The notes beneath the pieces were generated by a model that searched no databases, was not told where the DNA came from, and was given only the letters and a program-made list of their open reading frames with translations. Position numbers and translations under genes: made by a program. Shown here in pieces: positions 60,629 through 64,000 of a stretch of 64,000 nt of DNA (within the stretch, counting starts at the first letter, position 1; the number at the start of each line of letters is the position of its first letter). Source of the DNA: Antedon mediterranea (lineage: Eukaryota; Animalia; Echinodermata); contig NC_092674.1 in assembly GCF_964355755.1 (NCBI RefSeq), forward strand, positions 25,048,001 to 25,112,000, read 5' to 3'.

Positions 60629-62848
60629 CGTCGACGTTGTCTGTTTGTACTTACTTATTGTAATAGGAAGCGCCTAAATTAGTTTTCTACATTTGCATAT
60701 TATTTTAATATTTGCTATAATACGACCTTAATACTAGTTATTAAAACAAAATTCTAACTGTACTATCAATACAAAACAAACAAGCAAACTATAGTAGTAA
60801 TGCCTAGTTTATGTTCACACTAATTACCTGTATAAATTGTACATTAAATAAAAACAAATGTAAAAGCACAATAGTAAATTGAGTACTGTAACAAAAATGT
60901 ACTAATTTGAATGTATTGAAATGATTGCAAATACGTCTGTTGTGGCTTCCAAGGTTCTCGTGCTAAATGACCATTTCATAGTCACGTTTAAAAATGTAAT
61001 ATCTTTAGTATTTTCATCAACAAAACGTTCCATACTTGCATGACCACTGTAGTGTAGAGAGTAATACTGCATATGTAGTTATAATATCGTAGTTGTTATA
61101 TATTACATAATCACTTCACCAACCAAGGGGTTGAAACTTATGATGTTTCTCTCATGTCAGCTACTGTATACCTCGATACTTCTATTTTATTTATAACCAA
61201 AATGTATAATTTATTTGATAACAATTAGTTAGTACATGAATTTTGACATCCATAGCACTTTTTTTTAATTTGATAAAATATAATACGACAAAATATTAAA
61301 ACAATAACATGAGTATGTACTCTCTAAAACACTTTGTTAAACAAGCCACTTTTTGGAACAATTAACTCTATTTTCTTATAAATTATTACGCACCTAAAAA
61401 TCGGGATACGACAGTGAAAAACTAACGTTTATCATAAAATTGTTATTGAATTTTAAGACCATATAGTTTATTAAAAATTGCACATTTATTATAATTGGAA
61501 CTATGCAAATTCCATTTCTAACTATACAATTATTATTTACCGTACAAAAGATACCTTTTAAGTATAAATACATTTTAAATACTAATATATAAGTTATATA
61601 ATTTAAAATCTGAATTGTTTTTATTTAATGATAAACTGACCATTTGAGAATAATTGAATTTGCTTTATTCCGTCTGCGGTTTAGAAAAAAAATATATGAC
61701 TCCCTTATTTGGAATGTTAAAACCTTACTTAAAATCATAAAAAAAAAACAATTCTGTTTATAAAACTTAGTAATATAGACAAAAATACCTTCAACTTTAA
61801 AAAGCACCAATATCATAAATGTATAATATCCATAGAGTTAACTTCCTTCAGTGACGTATTCAGAATTTCTCAAACCAATGCTGATAAAAGAAATTGTTTG
61901 ATTTTTAAGTTTACCGAAAACGACCAGAAAATGTTCTGTAAATGCAGGGTATGTGAATTTTGAAAATGAAATCCCAGACCCATGGGTTTGTCACTATTCA
62001 GAGGAGTTTGCGATTCTAGTAATACTAGTAGTAGGTTGAAATTATGTTATCACCCAAAAAAACTGTTATTTGATTTGATGGATTCAGAAACCTTTAGCAT
62101 ACAGTAGTTTATTAAGTTTTCAGGTCTACAATGTAGAAAATTTTAGAAAACTTGTTTTCTCAAACTCAAAGTTGTTTGTAGTTGGGTCTAACTAGCGCCC
62201 AAACGTTTGTTTACAAACTCCGAATTTTGTTACTGTTTGGATTAATGTGTGTTGCCACTCTATCATCTAGGTCTACTAGACGCTAAGTCGGCAAACCTCA
62301 GCAAAATAGATGGCTAAGAAGGTTTACTTAGAAACTTATTCTCTTCAGTTTTCCGAAGTTTGAGAACTTACTCGAACTCGAAATTTGCATTTTTTAGGTT
62401 TGCAAGTGAAGCTGGTAATGGTGGTGGTGTTTTGGTTGTTCCCATCTTGGTGGAAAGATTCGTGGATTGTACCAGTATTATTACTCTGATAAAGACGTTT
62501 AATATATTATAAGGCCAACGTTGGGTTATTCATTTAAGCGGCAGTCATACTACCAACGCCACCATTTGTAGAAAAGATAAGAAGTGTGCACCTTTCCTAA
62601 CTCCACCCCTTCTGAATACGTCACTGCTCTCTACAAATCTATATTGCATTTATAGGCCAAATGTTATTTGACATGGGAAGTAAATTATTAAAAAAATATA
62701 CTTCAATCGCACACCAAGAACAGGTCTACTTTTTACTGTTATCTCTAGCCCAATTGCAAAAAAACTAGTTTCTAAAAAACATCAATTGAAATCTAAAAAC
62801 ATGTACACATTTTATATTATAAACTAGTTGAAAATACTTTTATCGGTT

Positions 62849-63060
62849 TCATGTGAGGCCAATATTTATACCACCGTTGAAGTGATGGTTGAGCGTAATT
62901 GGATTTGGTTGGAATTGGTGTCCATTTGGAATGGACTTCTCTGGCGATACTGGCAACGGATCTTCGTCAAGATCCATCCACACTCTCATCTGTGATTGGT
63001 CATCTCTAGTTTCGCTAAGAATGTTCGTCATACGTCCGTCATACAATCCAAATATTCCTC
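62849..63060 (-). CDS. Probable terminal coding exon of a - strand gene continuing beyond the window; product unidentified
   Basis: Long polypyrimidine tract plus AG acceptor (plus-strand ct at 63061-63062), then GIFGLYDGRMTNILSETRDDQSQMRVWMDLDEDPLP...GINIGLT*. GC content is higher than the flanks. Confidence 0.55.
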
Positions 63061-64000
63061 CTTTTAACAAAAACAAAAATGGAAACACATTAGAAATATT
63101 TATATATAATGTGAAGAAGTAAATTTTACCTGCCAAGCACTAATGCACACATCGGACTACTTTCATCTTTTCCGACTTTACAATTGCAATTTATCTTGAC
63201 ATTTGGTTTTTACTTCTATTGAAATAGAATCGTCGATCGCTTCAGGTATGAAACGTTGTCAATATTGAATTGCATTCGTGTGTTATTTGGTCATTTTATC
63301 AATAGAAGCGAGTTTAAAAGTTTATGAAAAGTTATATTTGAAATTATTGAAACAGTTTTAAAAAGTAAAAGTAACATCTTGTTTTCGTTTTTCTGCTGAA
63401 TATTCGTAACCAACTGGTTAAAGAATGCCATCGGCTTGTTTCTATTCCATACGTAGTTACATGTTTAGTGTGTTTAAAACCTAAACGTGTTTATAGCTAT
63501 GTTGTTTTCCTCCACTTGTTTAGCAGTCACCATGTGTAAGGTACGTGTTTAGCGTTGCGTGCATACGATTTTACTATGGCGGAAAAAACTCCACACTTGA
63601 ACTCCACACATGAAAATTTAAACGCGTTTGAACCTAAACGTGTCTTTATATTGCTCCACATGTTTAACAATCAACACGTCATTGATGTGTTGAGTTGAGT
63701 ACAGACTTAATATTTAGAGTGTGTTTAGAACCTAAACATGTTCATATCTAAACATGTTTATGGCTAAATGTGTCGGAAAAGTGGGTACATAATACATTAA
63801 GATCTAAACACTATTTTAACAATCTATAGATGGGCCTGTTACTGTCGCCTCACATAAAACAGTCCGCAGTTTCTAGTTGTTATAAATGACACCGCACGAA
63901 TCGAATACCAATTTGCGTCCTTCTTTTATTTTTTTAATGTAATTTTAATGTTATTCTAGCTGTATCCACCACAGACTATGAATGCGATATTTTCTTTTTC

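Noticed and set aside
63405-63790. Element with repeated CTAAAC/GTTTAG motifs, possibly a CACTA-like MITE
   Set aside because: Matching termini and a TSD could not be established.

Overview
AT-rich, intron-rich animal (invertebrate) genomic DNA. An echinoderm or other invertebrate deuterostome origin is plausible from the SINE domains and the multi-SRCR gene, but this is inference only. Two + strand genes were reconstructed by hand from GT-AG boundaries. (1) A complete 15-exon PANK4 gene (2123-11934, 770 aa; type II pantothenate kinase fused to a DUF89/ARMT1-like phosphatase) that keeps the catalytic Glu and Arg lost in human PANK4. (2) A roughly 24-exon scavenger-receptor gene (14310-52868, about 1676 aa in the simplest model): signal peptide, 13 SRCR domains, 3 CCP/sushi domains, TM segment and short tail. 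Its 3' splicing is ambiguous and may hide a secreted isoform or a separate small membrane-protein gene. The probable last exon of a - strand gene lies at 62849-63060. Introns carry many mobile elements: an RTE-type LINE, a Sola2-like transposon with about 520-bp TIRs, a Helentron/DINE-1-like element nested in a copy of itself, 5S-derived and tRNA-derived SINEs with swapped modules, and several MITE families, two of which seeded minisatellites. No CRISPR array, rRNA gene, tRNA gene or prokaryotic system was found. Coordinates were read by eye; repeat boundaries are approximate.
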